A stretch of DNA of 59,274 bases, the filler included, from Dimargaris cristalligena (lineage: Eukaryota), in the NCBI GenBank assembly GCA_003614675.1. It is 2 parts of 2 records of this genome, joined end to end, with 100 filler letters (N's around TTAATTAATTAA, not from the genome) between each part and the next. Parts side by side here need not be neighbours in the genome. Positions count along the whole stretch, not along the records: positions 1 to 29,606 come from ML002480.1; 1 more part is not named here. One strand, given 5' to 3'. How positions within the stretch are numbered: position 1 is the first letter of the stretch; every line of letters begins with the position of its first letter. Positions 1 to 14,361 of the stretch are shown here, one piece after another. The notes below the pieces were generated by a model. It was not told the origin of the DNA, did no database searches, and worked only from the letters and a program-made list of their open reading frames with translations. The translations under genes and the position numbers were made by a program.

Positions 1-26
1 CCCCCCTGCTTTTTTTTTGTCCCCCT

Positions 27-1649
27 CCCGCCAACCTCCTGCGCGCGAAGATCATGGAGGAGGCGGATGAGGTGTGTACGGCGAGGACCCCAGAGGAAGT
101 GGCTTGGGAAACCGCCGATCTGCTCTACTTTACCCTGGCTAATTGTGTCGCCCAGGGAGTAAGTCTGGCGGATGTCACCAAACACCTGGATACACGCGCC
201 CTGAAGGTAACCCGGCGCCCCGGTAACGCTAAGCCGCAGTGGGCTAATGTAGCCACACCTGCCGCCGAACCCACCCCTGTCTCTGCCCCAGCTCCGGCTC
301 CGGTACCAACCCCAGCGGCCGATTCGGACCAAATCCGCATGCAGGCCTACAGCCTGGATCAGGTAGACATCCAGCAGTACCAACAGCTACTCCAACGCCC
401 CATCATCCGGTCCGAGACCATCTCCGCGACCGTTGACCCCATTCTGAAGCGGGTGCGGGCGGAAGGGGATGCGGCGCTGCGTTTCTTTACGGAGAAATTC
501 GACCGGGTCCAGCAAACCGAAACGGTGCTCCGGGCACCATTCCCCGACCACCTCCTAACCGGTATGTCCGCCAAGGTGCGGCGGGCTATTGACCAAGCGT
601 ACGATAACATCCGGAAATTCCACGAGGCCCAGCTCCCAACGGGCCCCCTTGAAGTGGAAACGATGCCCGGTGTGGTGTGTTCCCGCTTCAGCCGGCCTAT
701 TGAACGGGTCGGGCTCTACGTCCCGGGGGGTACGGCGGTCTTACCCTCGTCGGCCCTCATGTTAGGCGTGCCCGCCCAAGTGGCCGGGTGCCGCCAAATC
801 GTCCTGGCCACCCCACCCCGCCCCAACGGCACGATTGTCCCCGAGGTGGTGTACGCCGCCCAGAAAGTGGGGGCCTCCACCATTGTCATGGCCGGGGGAG
901 CCCAGGCGGTGGCCGCCATGGCCTACGGTACGGAATCGGTGCCCAAGGTGGATAAGATCTGCGGGCCTGGTAATCAGTTCGTGACGGCGGCCAAAATGCA
1001 GGTCCAGAACGACCATTCAGCCATGGTGGCAATTGATATGCCCGCGGGACCCTCCGAACTGCTGGTCATTGCGGATGCCAACTGTAACCCGGCCTACGTG
1101 GCCTCGGATCTCCTGTCCCAGGCTGAACACGGCCCCGACAGTCAGGTGGTGCTAGTCACGGTGGACATGACCCCCGCCCAGGTGGCGGCCATCGAAGCCC
1201 AGATTCACCAACAGGCCCTCCGTTTACCCCGTGTCGCAGTGGTGCGTCAGTCCATCCCCAAGAGTTACTCGCTCGCAGTGGCCGACCGGGCGGCCGCCAT
1301 CCAATTCTCCAACGCCTACGCGCCCGAGCACCTGATCCTCCACATTGACGACCCGGAGGTCCTCTTACCCGACATTGATAACGCCGGTTCCGTCTTTGTG
1401 GGCCCGTACTCCCCCGAGAGTTGCGGCGACTATGCGTCCGGTACCAACCATACCCTACCCACCTACGGCTATTCCCGCATGTACTCTGGGGTGAACACCG
1501 ATACTTTCCTCAAGCACATCACTGCGCAGACTCTGACGGCCGATGGGCTGCGTCGGATCGGGGATACCGTCATGGATCTGGCTGAGGTTGAAGAGCTGGA
1601 GGCTCACCGTAATGCGGTTGCTATCCGTTTGGCTGACCTCCGCCAATAG
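27..1649 (+). CDS. HIS4: Histidine biosynthesis trifunctional protein (PR-ATP pyrophosphohydrolase C-terminal part + histidinol dehydrogenase), 5'-truncated at the contig edge
   Basis: The frame continues upstream of ATG 54 (PANLLRAKIMEEA..EVAWETADLLYF, the HisE part). After a P/A-rich linker come the HisD motifs GLYVPGGTAVLPS, DKICGPGNQFV, IDMPAGPSE, LSQAEHG, YAPEHL and GDYASGTNHTLPT. The N-terminal cyclohydrolase domain lies outside the window. Confidence 0.95.
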   Translation, partial: PANLLRAKIMEEADEVCTARTPEEVAWETADLLYFTLANCVAQGVSLADVTKHLDTRALKVTRRPGNAKPQWANVATPAAEPTPVSAPAPAPVPTPAADSDQIRMQAYSLDQVDIQQYQQLLQRPIIRSETISATVDPILKRVRAEGDAALRFFTEKFDRVQQTETVLRAPFPDHLLTGMSAKVRRAIDQAYDNIRKFHEAQLPTGPLEVETMPGVVCSRFSRPIERVGLYVPGGTAVLPSSALMLGVPAQVAGCRQIVLATPPRPNGTIVPEVVYAAQKVGASTIVMAGGAQAVAAMAYGTESVPKVDKICGPGNQFVTAAKMQVQNDHSAMVAIDMPAGPSELLVIADANCNPAYVASDLLSQAEHGPDSQVVLVTVDMTPAQVAAIEAQIHQQALRLPRVAVVRQSIPKSYSLAVADRAAAIQFSNAYAPEHLILHIDDPEVLLPDIDNAGSVFVGPYSPESCGDYASGTNHTLPTYGYSRMYSGVNTDTFLKHITAQTLTADGLRRIGDTVMDLAEVEELEAHRNAVAIRLADLRQ

Positions 1650-1971
1650 ATATTGTTTAGTTAGAACGGGCAATTAGCTGCCCACCCCCTCTCCCCAGGT
1701 CTATAGTTTTATTGAAATTACATTAACAAGGTAATACTTACGAGTTCTCGGGCTTTAAATCATGGTGGTATGTTTATTTTACCTACTTTAACTGGCCCAG
1801 GAATCTCAGTAGTTCCAGAATCCAGGTCTCTGTTATCCCCGTACATTTGCATTCATTTTTTTTTCACTGTCTGATTTGGAAAAATAAATATACTCTAAAT
1901 TTATTTTTGGTTAAATTATTAGGTCAGAGAGTGAATGGTTATATCAAGTAACCAACCCCCACCGTCCAACC

Positions 1972-2892
1972 TTATTTCGGTGGTTGACGGAAAAAGAGGG
2001 TATTCCAGACCCGGGGCTCCAAAAATTCTGCCCGCCGGTCCAGCTGATATCCGATACCACGACCATGGCAACGCAGGTAATAGTGATTCGACCCATTCTC
2101 CGCCAGCATACTGCCGTCCTGGCCACACAGGCGGCCCACGGAGGTGGTGGCCAGTAGGGGGTATTCCCGTTCGGAGGGTTGGAATAACCGGGCGGTCCGA
2201 ATCCGCAGGGCCTGGGATCCCTTGCGCAAGGTAACCCGCGTCACCAGGGTGGATGAATATAGGTAAATCATGGCGGAAATCACGCTACCCACGACGAAGA
2301 AGGAGGCGGCTACACCGAGGCGCTGGGAATGTGGGGCTAGCACGAATTCTAGGGGCTCGTCTGTAGTCGTGGTCGTATCCGTAGCCGTAGCTGTAGCGGA
2401 GGCCGCATCGGCGGGGGTGACCGGGTCATCCCTGGGCTTTTCGACGCGCATATTAAGGTAGGCCAGGTGGGCCAAGTTCAGCCAAAAGAGCAGCTGAACC
2501 ACCAGAGCAATAGTGGCGATTTGGGTGAATTTTTTGCCGTCTTTTTGGTAAATGACGATATCCTTGCTGTGCGCATAGTTGAGGAACAGCCGGGCCTGGT
2601 GGAGCTCGGCGGGAGTTAGAGTACGGCGGTTGGTCGAACCAAGAACCCGAAGTATACCGGCGATAGTAGCCTCGTGTTTGGCTAGTTGATTGGGCTGGGG
2701 GACTTCAACTTTGGGAACGGACACCTTGGAAGAGTAGAAGAGGCCATTAATGGAGGAGGCTGTGGCAGCAGTCGGGCGTTGGGCGATCCGGGGGAATAGA
2801 ACGGTCGGGATTGGGGCATTGGTTCGGACTAGGCGGCCCACAGCAGCGAAGTGCCGGGGATTCAGCCGAAGCAGAGTCGAGGCGGGCAACAT
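1972..2892 (-). CDS. TMEM223/Mrx15-like mitochondrial inner-membrane protein
   Basis: 306-aa intronless ORF with an Arg-rich presequence-like N-terminus and two TM helices (IATIALVVQLLFWLNLAHLAY; LGVAASFFVVGSVISAMIYLY). VTRVTL and the C-terminal YQLDRRAEF..LF resemble the TMEM223 family. Confidence 0.7.
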   Translation of the reverse strand: MLPASTLLRLNPRHFAAVGRLVRTNAPIPTVLFPRIAQRPTAATASSINGLFYSSKVSVPKVEVPQPNQLAKHEATIAGILRVLGSTNRRTLTPAELHQARLFLNYAHSKDIVIYQKDGKKFTQIATIALVVQLLFWLNLAHLAYLNMRVEKPRDDPVTPADAASATATATDTTTTTDEPLEFVLAPHSQRLGVAASFFVVGSVISAMIYLYSSTLVTRVTLRKGSQALRIRTARLFQPSEREYPLLATTSVGRLCGQDGSMLAENGSNHYYLRCHGRGIGYQLDRRAEFLEPRVWNTLFFRQPPK

Positions 2893-3549
2893 AATCGAGG
2901 TTGACGGGAGGGGGACAAAAAAAAAGCAGGGGGGAATGTGCGAATCTAAATAAAGCGGCTACGGACCCCTAAAGGTGGGTGAGCCATAGTGTAGAACGAA
3001 AGGGTGGACGGGCAATGCGGTTCCTCCGACGGTCGGCGGTACCGGAGGATGTGGCCTGGATCGTCCATATCCCAGTGGGTCCGATGGGGGAGGTATTCCA
3101 TCCACGTGACCAGTAACCGAGTATAACAGCTTAATGACGCGTGGCTGTCGGAGTGGTGTAGTAGTTGTTCTAGGTAAGCAAGTGCAAACCAGAGCTATAT
3201 AATTTCACCAGGCGGAATTTCATGTGCAAACCACAAATAGCATGAGGGATATTGTATGGGCAAATAAGCGGGAGGAGACCCACCCACTTCCCAGTCACAC
3301 GCACCACGGGCCTCGGGGCCGGGAACTCGACTGGCCCTTTATATTATCAGCTGCCGGTTTTGGACCAAGTCCCATACACTTACTGCCTCCAGGTCCTTTC
3401 TGTATAAAACCCACCTCTTATGAAACCCACTGAGTTTAGTAGTGTGCTCCCCATTGCTTCTCTACCCGGCAGTTTCATCTCCCCTGCTCTTCGTCCTTTC
3501 ACCCGACTCAACTCAACCCAACCCAACCTCATTCGAACCCCTTTTCACC

Positions 3550-4767
3550 ATGTCCTTGGCCGGCAAGACCCTTTTTATTAGCGGTGCTTCTCGGTAGGTC
3601 TCTTTCTCGCGAGCCGTTGAAGTCTTTTTCGGTCGCACACTCCAGATACTTAACCATTTGTTGGCCTTTGTCCGTCTAATAAACGGTGCTGAACGACGCT
3701 GTACTTAACCACCGCACTTTCTTATTATCTTTGGACTGACCCATCAATGCCATACCATACGGTATTAGCGGTATCGGTAAAGCCATCGCCCTCCGCGCCG
3801 CCCGTGATGGTGCCAATGTTGTAGTGGCCGCCAAAACCGCCACCCCCCACCCCAAGGTATGCCTTAATCATAATAAAATCGACTACATCGGATCCACACT
3901 ACATCCCCCCCTCCATATGCATGTTTTGTTGAGTATCCTTCTAATTACATCATTCCGTATTACTAACTTTACTCATTATGACCACCTCTAACTTAATCCG
4001 GTACACCCCGCCAGCTGCCCGGTACCATTTACACTGCAGCCGATGAAATCGAAAAAGCCGGCGGCAAGGCCCTCCCGGTGGTCTGCGACATTCGCGACGA
4101 AGCCCAGGTCCAGAACGCCATTAACCAAGCCATCGCCAAGTTCGGGGGCATCGACATTTTGATTAATAATGCGTCGGCCATCCGCCTCACCAACACCGCC
4201 CAAACCAGCGCCAAGGAGTACGATTTGATGAACCAGATCAATGCCCGCGGTACCTGGCTGGTGTCCAAACTGGCCCTGCCCCACCTGCGCAAGGCCACCA
4301 ATCCCCACATTCTGAACCTTTCCCCGCCCCTCTCCATGGAACCCCGCTGGTTCCAGAACCACGTCGCGTACACCATGGCCAAGTTCGGCATGTCCATGTG
4401 CGTCCTGGGTATGGCCGAGGAATTCCGTTCCTACGGTATTGCGGTCAATGCCCTCTGGCCCTTCACCGTAATCGAAACTGCCGCCATGAAAATGCTCGGG
4501 GGTATCAGCGAGCAAACATCAAAGGCCCGCACCCCGGAGATCATGGCCGACTCCGCCCACCACATCCTTACCCGTCCGTCCCGCTCCTTCACCGGCCAGT
4601 TCTGCATCGATGAGATTTTGCTGCGCGAATTGGGCGTCACCGATTTAGCTAAATACCAAGTCGATCCCTCCGTGCCCCAGCATGAACTGATACCCGACTT
4701 CTTTGTGGACGACAAGGTTACCGGTGAGGTGATTCGTCTGCGCAGTGGATTCTACAGCAAATTGTAA
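3550..4767 (+). CDS. Hydroxysteroid dehydrogenase-like 2 (HSDL2-type SDR) with PTS1; exons 3550-3593, 3769-3856, 4015-4767
   Basis: Spliced product MSLAGKTLFISGASR|GIGKAIALRAARDGANVVVAAKTATPHPK|LPGTIYTAADEIE is the HSDL2 N-terminal signature. Also contains INNASAI, the catalytic YTMAK and AVNALWP, and ends in -SKL*. The GT-AG introns keep the frame. Confidence 0.9.
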
Positions 4768-5195
4768 ATAACTCATTTTCTTTCACTACACCCCACCTCC
4801 CTCCTCTTTGTCCATTGACTGGATAAGGATATAAACCAATGCCCCTAATATAGTGGACATTACCCGCGATTTTCTATCGTTTTTGGCTGCACCAGTCTGG
4901 CCGGGGTTGGTGGGTACACCCCACCCCCTTTCGGGCGTCTCTGTCACTACATACGACCACCCACTGTGATCCTATTAAGTACCAGTCGCACCTCAAGGCT
5001 TAGGTCGGTTCGATATTCTAGAAATAATAAAGCTTTAATATACAATACCATAATAATCATGTAACCGAACAACCATATATGATATACCATTAATGTTACC
5101 CCTGGTCCTATTGTTAACTTAGCTGGCCCATACTTACACTAGCACTCCAAGGATTTGAATATCTAGTTCAGTGTTATCGAATAGGGCAGTATGAA

Positions 5196-7131
5196 TTATA
5201 CAAAGGATGCAGGGACGGCGCGGGCGATGCGAATATAGTCATCAATGTGTAGCCAGCCACTGGGCCCACTCCAAAAACAAACCCAGTGGCTGTTGGGAAG
5301 GCGGATGTGCCCGTCGGAGTGGCTAAAATACCACTTATTAACACCATTGTTACTTCGGCTCCGCCATGTCCATGGCTGCCCACCGTAAAACAATTGCATG
5401 TTCTTCCAGAGGATATCGGCGATCCCCATGCCCTGACTCTGCGGAGAGATGGCAAATTTGTCCAGATAAGGGAACCTTGCAGGGGAGGGGGGGGGGTCCG
5501 GGGCGGGGGGGGCTCGGCTGCCCATCTTCGAGGGTCAGAATGGCAGCCCCCTCGTAATCCCCCACCACAATAATAGTGCTAATGATAGGCCGGATACGTT
5601 TCCAGTAGGCCTCCGCCTGTAAGGTTCGGCGGAAGGAGCTTTCGAGTAGGGCCTGTAGCTTGATGGTATCGACGGTGTCCAGCGACGCATGGGTGGTTAC
5701 GCTAAACCCATGCCGAAGGACTACCGTTGGGGGAGATCGGGACACTGGTGAAGAGGACAGCTGGTCTAACGTTAAAGAGTTTGACCACCGACCCCGATTG
5801 CCCGCCAGCGGAAAGGTAGAGGCGATAGGGGTAGCCGGTTGGACGAGATCATCGAAAGGATCGGTCCGGCCCGGGGCCGTTGTTGCTGCAATGGGCTTAT
5901 CGGTGATCCAGTTTTGGATGGAGTGGTTGACCGTATCGGGGCTGACTATAATGGCCGAAGCCGTGGCCGGTAGAGCCTGTAGACAGTCCTGTAGGGTATC
6001 CAGTATCCCGACGGCCAGTCGGGCCTGGGCAGCCTGTGGGGAAGAAACGGGTGGAGATGGCTCAGTCGGGCTGGCTACTAGATGCGTTGGTTTGGCAGTG
6101 GTATGGGAGCGAGCGGCCCCGGGAGACTGATTTTTACCCTGGCTCACGTTGACTAGACGGGAGCGGAGGCTCGGGTACTCATCGCGGAGGTTAATAAAGT
6201 TGAGGTTACTAGTTGATCCCTCGGCGGCGTCTACAACGGATGATAGCCAGCGGGCATCGGGCGTGATGTAAATAATTTTGCATGCGCGGGCCGGTATCGG
6301 AGTCTGAGTCTGATCGTTCCCAAGTGCCGCCGATTCCAACAGACCCGGGCTAGGCTCGGTCTGTGGGATACGGAATCGGTCACTAGTACCCATGGTACGG
6401 GCCAACCGGACCAAGGCCTCTGATGTGGGTAAAACAAGCTGACGTAAGGCGCCGGGCTGGCGGTCCAAGGCCAATGGGGCAATGACCGGAATCCGCTGGG
6501 CCTGGAGCGCAGTTATAATGGGGCCCAGGTCCACCTCGGGCTGGGACGAGGAGGTCCCTTGGCGAAAGACATCGGTCGTGACGGGGCGGGCCTTTCCCCC
6601 CGGTATAGAGTCAATGGCGTCGCTGAACTGGAAACAGGCCTGGGAAAGGGCTTGGCGGGCGCGGGCGACGGAAGGGGCCACTGTCTCAGACGCAATGGGG
6701 AGGGTTGGAGTAGTCGAAGTAGCGGGAGCTGGAGGCCTGGCCTTCGGCAGGGGGGGATTCTGGAGTAATACCACGGGGGACAGACCCAGTTGCTGCAAGT
6801 GAACCAGCATTTGGGCCACCTGGGTTTGCTGGGCTGGGGGTACTCCAGCAACGGGTACGACCACGAGGGCCACCCAGCGCTCCGGGGGGCGGAGCAAAGA
6901 GTCAACCCAGGGGGACTCGGGGAAACGCGAAGGAGCGGTGGACGGTGCCTGAGTGCCCCGTCGCTTGCCAGTGAGGCGCTGGAGGAAGTGCTGGGCTTCG
7001 CGTTGACTGGGAAAGGAATTAAGAATCTGGAGGTAGAGACGGTGGGGAGGGTATGGGTGTCGGGCGGGCAGCCCTAGGCCGGCATGGAAGCGGCGGACGC
7101 CGACTTGGCTCAACCGGGTGAAGGAAGACAT
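5196..7131 (-). CDS. ARG2: Mitochondrial N-acetylglutamate synthase (amino-acid acetyltransferase), split over two frames by one extra base near 5470-5512
   Basis: The first frame (ATG 7131) encodes the AAK-like and NAT domains up to LLESSFRRTL..IIVVGDYEGAAILTLE. The 5196-5525 frame supplies PYLDKFAISPQSQGMGIADILW..WRSRSNNGVNKWYFSHSDG..WVCFW, the conserved NAGS C-terminus. The switch lies in or next to C8/C10 runs. Confidence 0.85.
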
Positions 7132-8504
7132 GCGAACCGAGGGGGGCAATGGGGTAGCAGCACCAGAGCTGGTCAGTGAGGGTTAAACTCCAGCGACGAA
7201 AGATGGGGGCTGTCCATTGAAGCTGGTCTGCCATTTCCCCAAAGGCGGCAGGTGCTCGCTCTCTGCTACCTCCTTTAGTTAGCGACTTCACAGTCACCAA
7301 GCTATTCGAAAATAATCCAGGCGAAAAAAAAACCCCCCATCCCAGTTGGCAATAGTTAATTTGGGTAAGCGGAGATCCAGATTGGCAGCCATTTATGGTA
7401 ATAGTGTGTGGCCCTAATAGTCCGAGATAGTTGAACTGAACTTAATACCAGCTATACCCAATAGAAATTACGTTGGACGCGAGGTTAATTACTACCATTA
7501 CCATCATTATTAATGGTGAATGATAAACATGCAGCGTATTATCACTTCTTATTAGCTTTTAGGGTTAGTTAGATTTTATGACAATATAATGGAATGGAAC
7601 TGGCGAAGGCGTGCTCCTCATTGCGTTATTCGCCGTTTCCTGCTTATCCACCTGGCAGTCTAGAGTGCTGAAGCCACTCCTACGTATGCTGTATATGCTC
7701 TACGCCTACCTCTCTACCTCTAAGACCAGCTCGGATAATTCGCAAGGAATGGCAGAACAGATAAAGCATGGCCCTGCCTAGCCTAGATAAGCCAATAAAT
7801 CACGTGTAGCGGAGGCGGTAAGGGGTTCTCCCCCATTGTCTTTTTACGCTGCCTATCGCGGAAGAAGTTGAGCTGCATGTTAGACAGGCCCAATCAATGA
7901 ATGCGGTGGAAGAGAAACGCGGCCTCGTGATTGGCCATAGGGATGTTTCACCAGCCCATTTCCTTGTCCTTATGCTTGAGCACACCGACCGGCACTGGCT
8001 GGTCCATCGATAAAGGAGAAGAGGGAGAATATTACTATTGGCACTATGTATGCGCGGCCACGCTCTCCTCGCTGTGATTTTGTATAGGTGAATAATATAA
8101 GAGTAATCATCAATCACTCTCTTTCCCAGAAAAACCGCATACAATCGGCTCTCCTCCGTGGCCACCTGATTGGCCAATCGCCATCATCAACGCATACAAG
8201 CCGCGGGAATGGATGGAGAAAAAAAAAGGGCCTTCTCTCTTTTTTTCACCCTCATCGTCTTTTTTTCCCTTTGGACTAAATTAGTTTTTCACATCCCCCC
8301 CTCTCCGCATATAAACAACTTCCTGCTCTTCACCTGTTGGACTGCACCTTGTCCTGTTCTACTCTACTCTGCTTTATCCAACTTCGGTTTCATACTTTGG
8401 TGAGTCCCCTCATTCCTACATCACACTTTGGACACGAGTCTCCTTTTGCATTCCCTTCCTTTACCTACAAGTAGAACCTACCCCTACATTTCCTTCCATT
8501 GTAA

Positions 8505-11447
<2,943 letters not shown>

Positions 11448-12197
11448 AATCAACTGACGTATAATTTTGATATCCGCTTGATTGATTCTTTTACGTATTT
11501 GATGCTGTCCCTCTTAGAGAGCTATACTCGTTTTATATTTATGCTTCTTAGTCAGTTTTCTTTCATGTCCTTACATTATACCCTTAACATAGCCAGTATG
11601 GGTTATTCACCGTACTCACCATTCCCTCATGCCCCATGAGATTCCACGCCATCACAACCCACATCCTCCTTGCGAGACCTGTTCATCCTCCTAAAATATA
11701 GTATAGATAATAAATGTTAACAATGTATTACTTTGACCAGCCGAAGTGTTTGCTGATTCTATGGGTAGAGTGAATGCACTTGTCTGTCCAGCGTAAATAT
11801 TATATAGACCATGATTTCATATTTTGAATGGTGGGGCAGAGCATCTTCATTACGTGTACGCTCCAGGTGTAAGACTATTCCTCCCAATTTATATGCTGGT
11901 GAATCCACGCTGAAACTGATTACTGTTGTTGTATCTTACGCAGTCTGAATCATAGTGTGATGGTGTGCGTATATTCTTGAATATGGGAAATGAAGCAGCC
12001 TGATTTGAGTAATAGTTGAATTCGCCATTCTTCATTGATCCAGACTTGGTTGGACTTGTTCGAGTCATAAATTTCTATTTCTCTTTCGTTGGGCTTATTT
12101 CTATAGACAAGTGTCCAGTTAGTTGATCATATTTCCCTGCCTGCCCCTTTAACCCCCTTGACCTTAGTCATAAAACCGTTTCTATTGGAACGCCCCA

Positions 12198-13746
12198 ATG
12201 TCGTATAGTCGTTTGCCATTCAACACCCGGTTTCTCTCTAGCCGGCCTTGCTTTGGGGGGTAGTAACGGCAGTGCCCGTCTCCACCACCTTTGGCTAACC
12301 CCGAAGACGACAGCATTCCAACGAACCGGTCTACACCATTTCTCCACCGCGAATGGTCCCCATGGCCGTGGCCCAGTCAACAACTCTCCTCTTCGCTCAG
12401 AGACCGGATCCGGTAGCCGCTGGGCACGACCGGGCCGTATTCTAACCGCTGGTCTCGTGGCCGCCGGTAGTACTTACTTGTATTTCAATTACCCCTCGTC
12501 GTCCAACCCCAACCAACATCGCCACGGCCACGGCCGAGTGGTCCCGGAAGGCCCGTGGCAGGTCCACGTCATGACCGCCCTTCCCCTCAAGGCCCTCTCG
12601 CGTCTGTTTGGGGCCTTTAACGACCTAACCATCCCGGTGTTTTTGCGGGTTCCGAGTCTCCGATTTTATAGTTGGGTGTTCGGGTGTGACTTGACCGAAA
12701 TGCAGGAACCCGACCTGCGCACCTACCGGAACTTGGGCGACTTCTTCTATCGGGAACTGGCCCCCGGCGCCCGGCCCGTAGCTAAAGATGCGAGTCTGGT
12801 GAGTCCGTCCGACGGTCGAGTGCTTAACTTTGGCGTCATTAAAGGCCGGGCGGTCGAATCGGTCAAGGGGTTGACCTATAATTTGGACGCGTTTCTGGGA
12901 CTGGCCCCGCCGCCTCGTCGGACCACAACCACGACGACCGCGGAGGGAGGTAATCCATCCGAAGGGGCGGCCGCAGTCGCGGAACGGGTGGCCCAGGAAA
13001 TGGCCCAAGTGAGTCGGTCCAGTTCCATCGTCAATGATGAAGAATTCGCCCAAGTAAATGGTATTACCTACTCGCTGGAAAATCTCGTGGGTGGTGAAAA
13101 CCAAGCGGACGCGAGTGGACAACCCATTATTGACTCAGCCTCCTCTACCCAACAGCAACAACAACAGCATATTGGTGGTGGTGGACCCCCGGTCATTCCG
13201 GGGAGTGACGGTCGCCAACTCCGTCCGGGCCACGAACTCTACTTCTGCGTGATTTACCTCGCCCCGGGCGACTACCACCGGTTCCATTCGCCGACGCACT
13301 GGGTCGTTGAAAACCGGCGCCATTTCGCGGGCGAACTGTACTCCGTATCCCCGTATGTCCTGCGTATGATCCGCGACTTATTCGTCCTTAACGAACGCGT
13401 GGCCCTCCTGGGCCGGTGGCGCCACGGCTTTATGGCCATGATCCCCGTGGGGGCTACCAACGTGGGTTCCATCCAAATCGCATTCGACCCCGTCCTCAAG
13501 ACCAACACCCATGCCGAAATCGTGCCCGACGGTCAGCGGTACCGGGAAGTATCCTACCGCCAAGGAAGTCCCCTGCTCCAAGGCGTGCCATTGGGCGCCG
13601 GCGAGGAAATGGGCGGATTCCGATTGGGTTCTACCGTCGTATTGGTCTTTGAGGCCCCCCAGACGTTCCGGTTCGCTATCGAACCCGAACAGAAAATCCG
13701 AATGGGCGAGCCGCTGGGCTACGTCCAACCTACGCCCATCGCCTAG
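12198..13746 (+). CDS. PSD1: Mitochondrial phosphatidylserine decarboxylase proenzyme; 5' end uncertain (candidate ATG 12198 is one base out of frame)
   Basis: Motifs LPLKALSRLFG, FFYREL, VSPSDG, VKGLTY, YLAPGDYHRFHSP, LNERV, VGATNVGSI and the self-cleavage site FRLGST. A TM segment ILTAGLVAAGSTYLYF lies upstream of the first in-frame ATG (12571). Confidence 0.93.
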
Positions 13747-14361
13747 AATTAGCGGTGTTGGTCGTCTCAAACCAACGATGGCTAACGTATTGTTAGGATG
13801 AAGCGAACCCTGCATCCAAATAACCTTAAATCCGGGGCTTTTTTGTCATATATTTTTAATTGGTTAGTATCGTGTACGGTTTAGTTTATGGTGAAATTTA
13901 TCTCATTGGTATTACCAAGACTTACCACTACTTAAGGGTTTTGTAAATTGTTGGTTTCGAATTCATTAATGATAAATAATCGAGATAGCGTGTACAAGCT
14001 GCTCTAGTAAAGCACCACCGTCAAATAGTTTGAAGGCATTACCGAAGTTGATCTTTAGAAGATACTGAATCACTTAATGGGTTGTAACTAACAATGTTTA
14101 TTACCAAGACTGAATTGACAACTAGAGTTGGGCACTACGGATTGCAATGTTACAGATAACTAGGAATGTGCAAGATAGTTGTAAAAAAATTGAGACCTGG
14201 TGTAACTAAGGGCTCAGTTGGCCGGTGAAGTGTCGTAAATGATATAAAAAAAATGAGCGGTCATGATATGGGTTGCATAGTTATAAAATAATAGTGGAAA
14301 ACAGATTACACGAAGAAAAAAATAAATAAGAAATAGGGGGAGGCATTAGGTAATGAGCTAT

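Noticed and set aside
1-7149. HIS4 and ARG2 proximity as an amino-acid biosynthesis cluster
   Set aside because: Different pathways separated by unrelated genes; no Gcn4-type TGACTC seen upstream of ARG2.
12260-12272. 13-nt GT..AG micro-intron that would restore the PSD1 frame
   Set aside because: Shorter than known spliceosomal introns and far below the intron sizes seen in this window.
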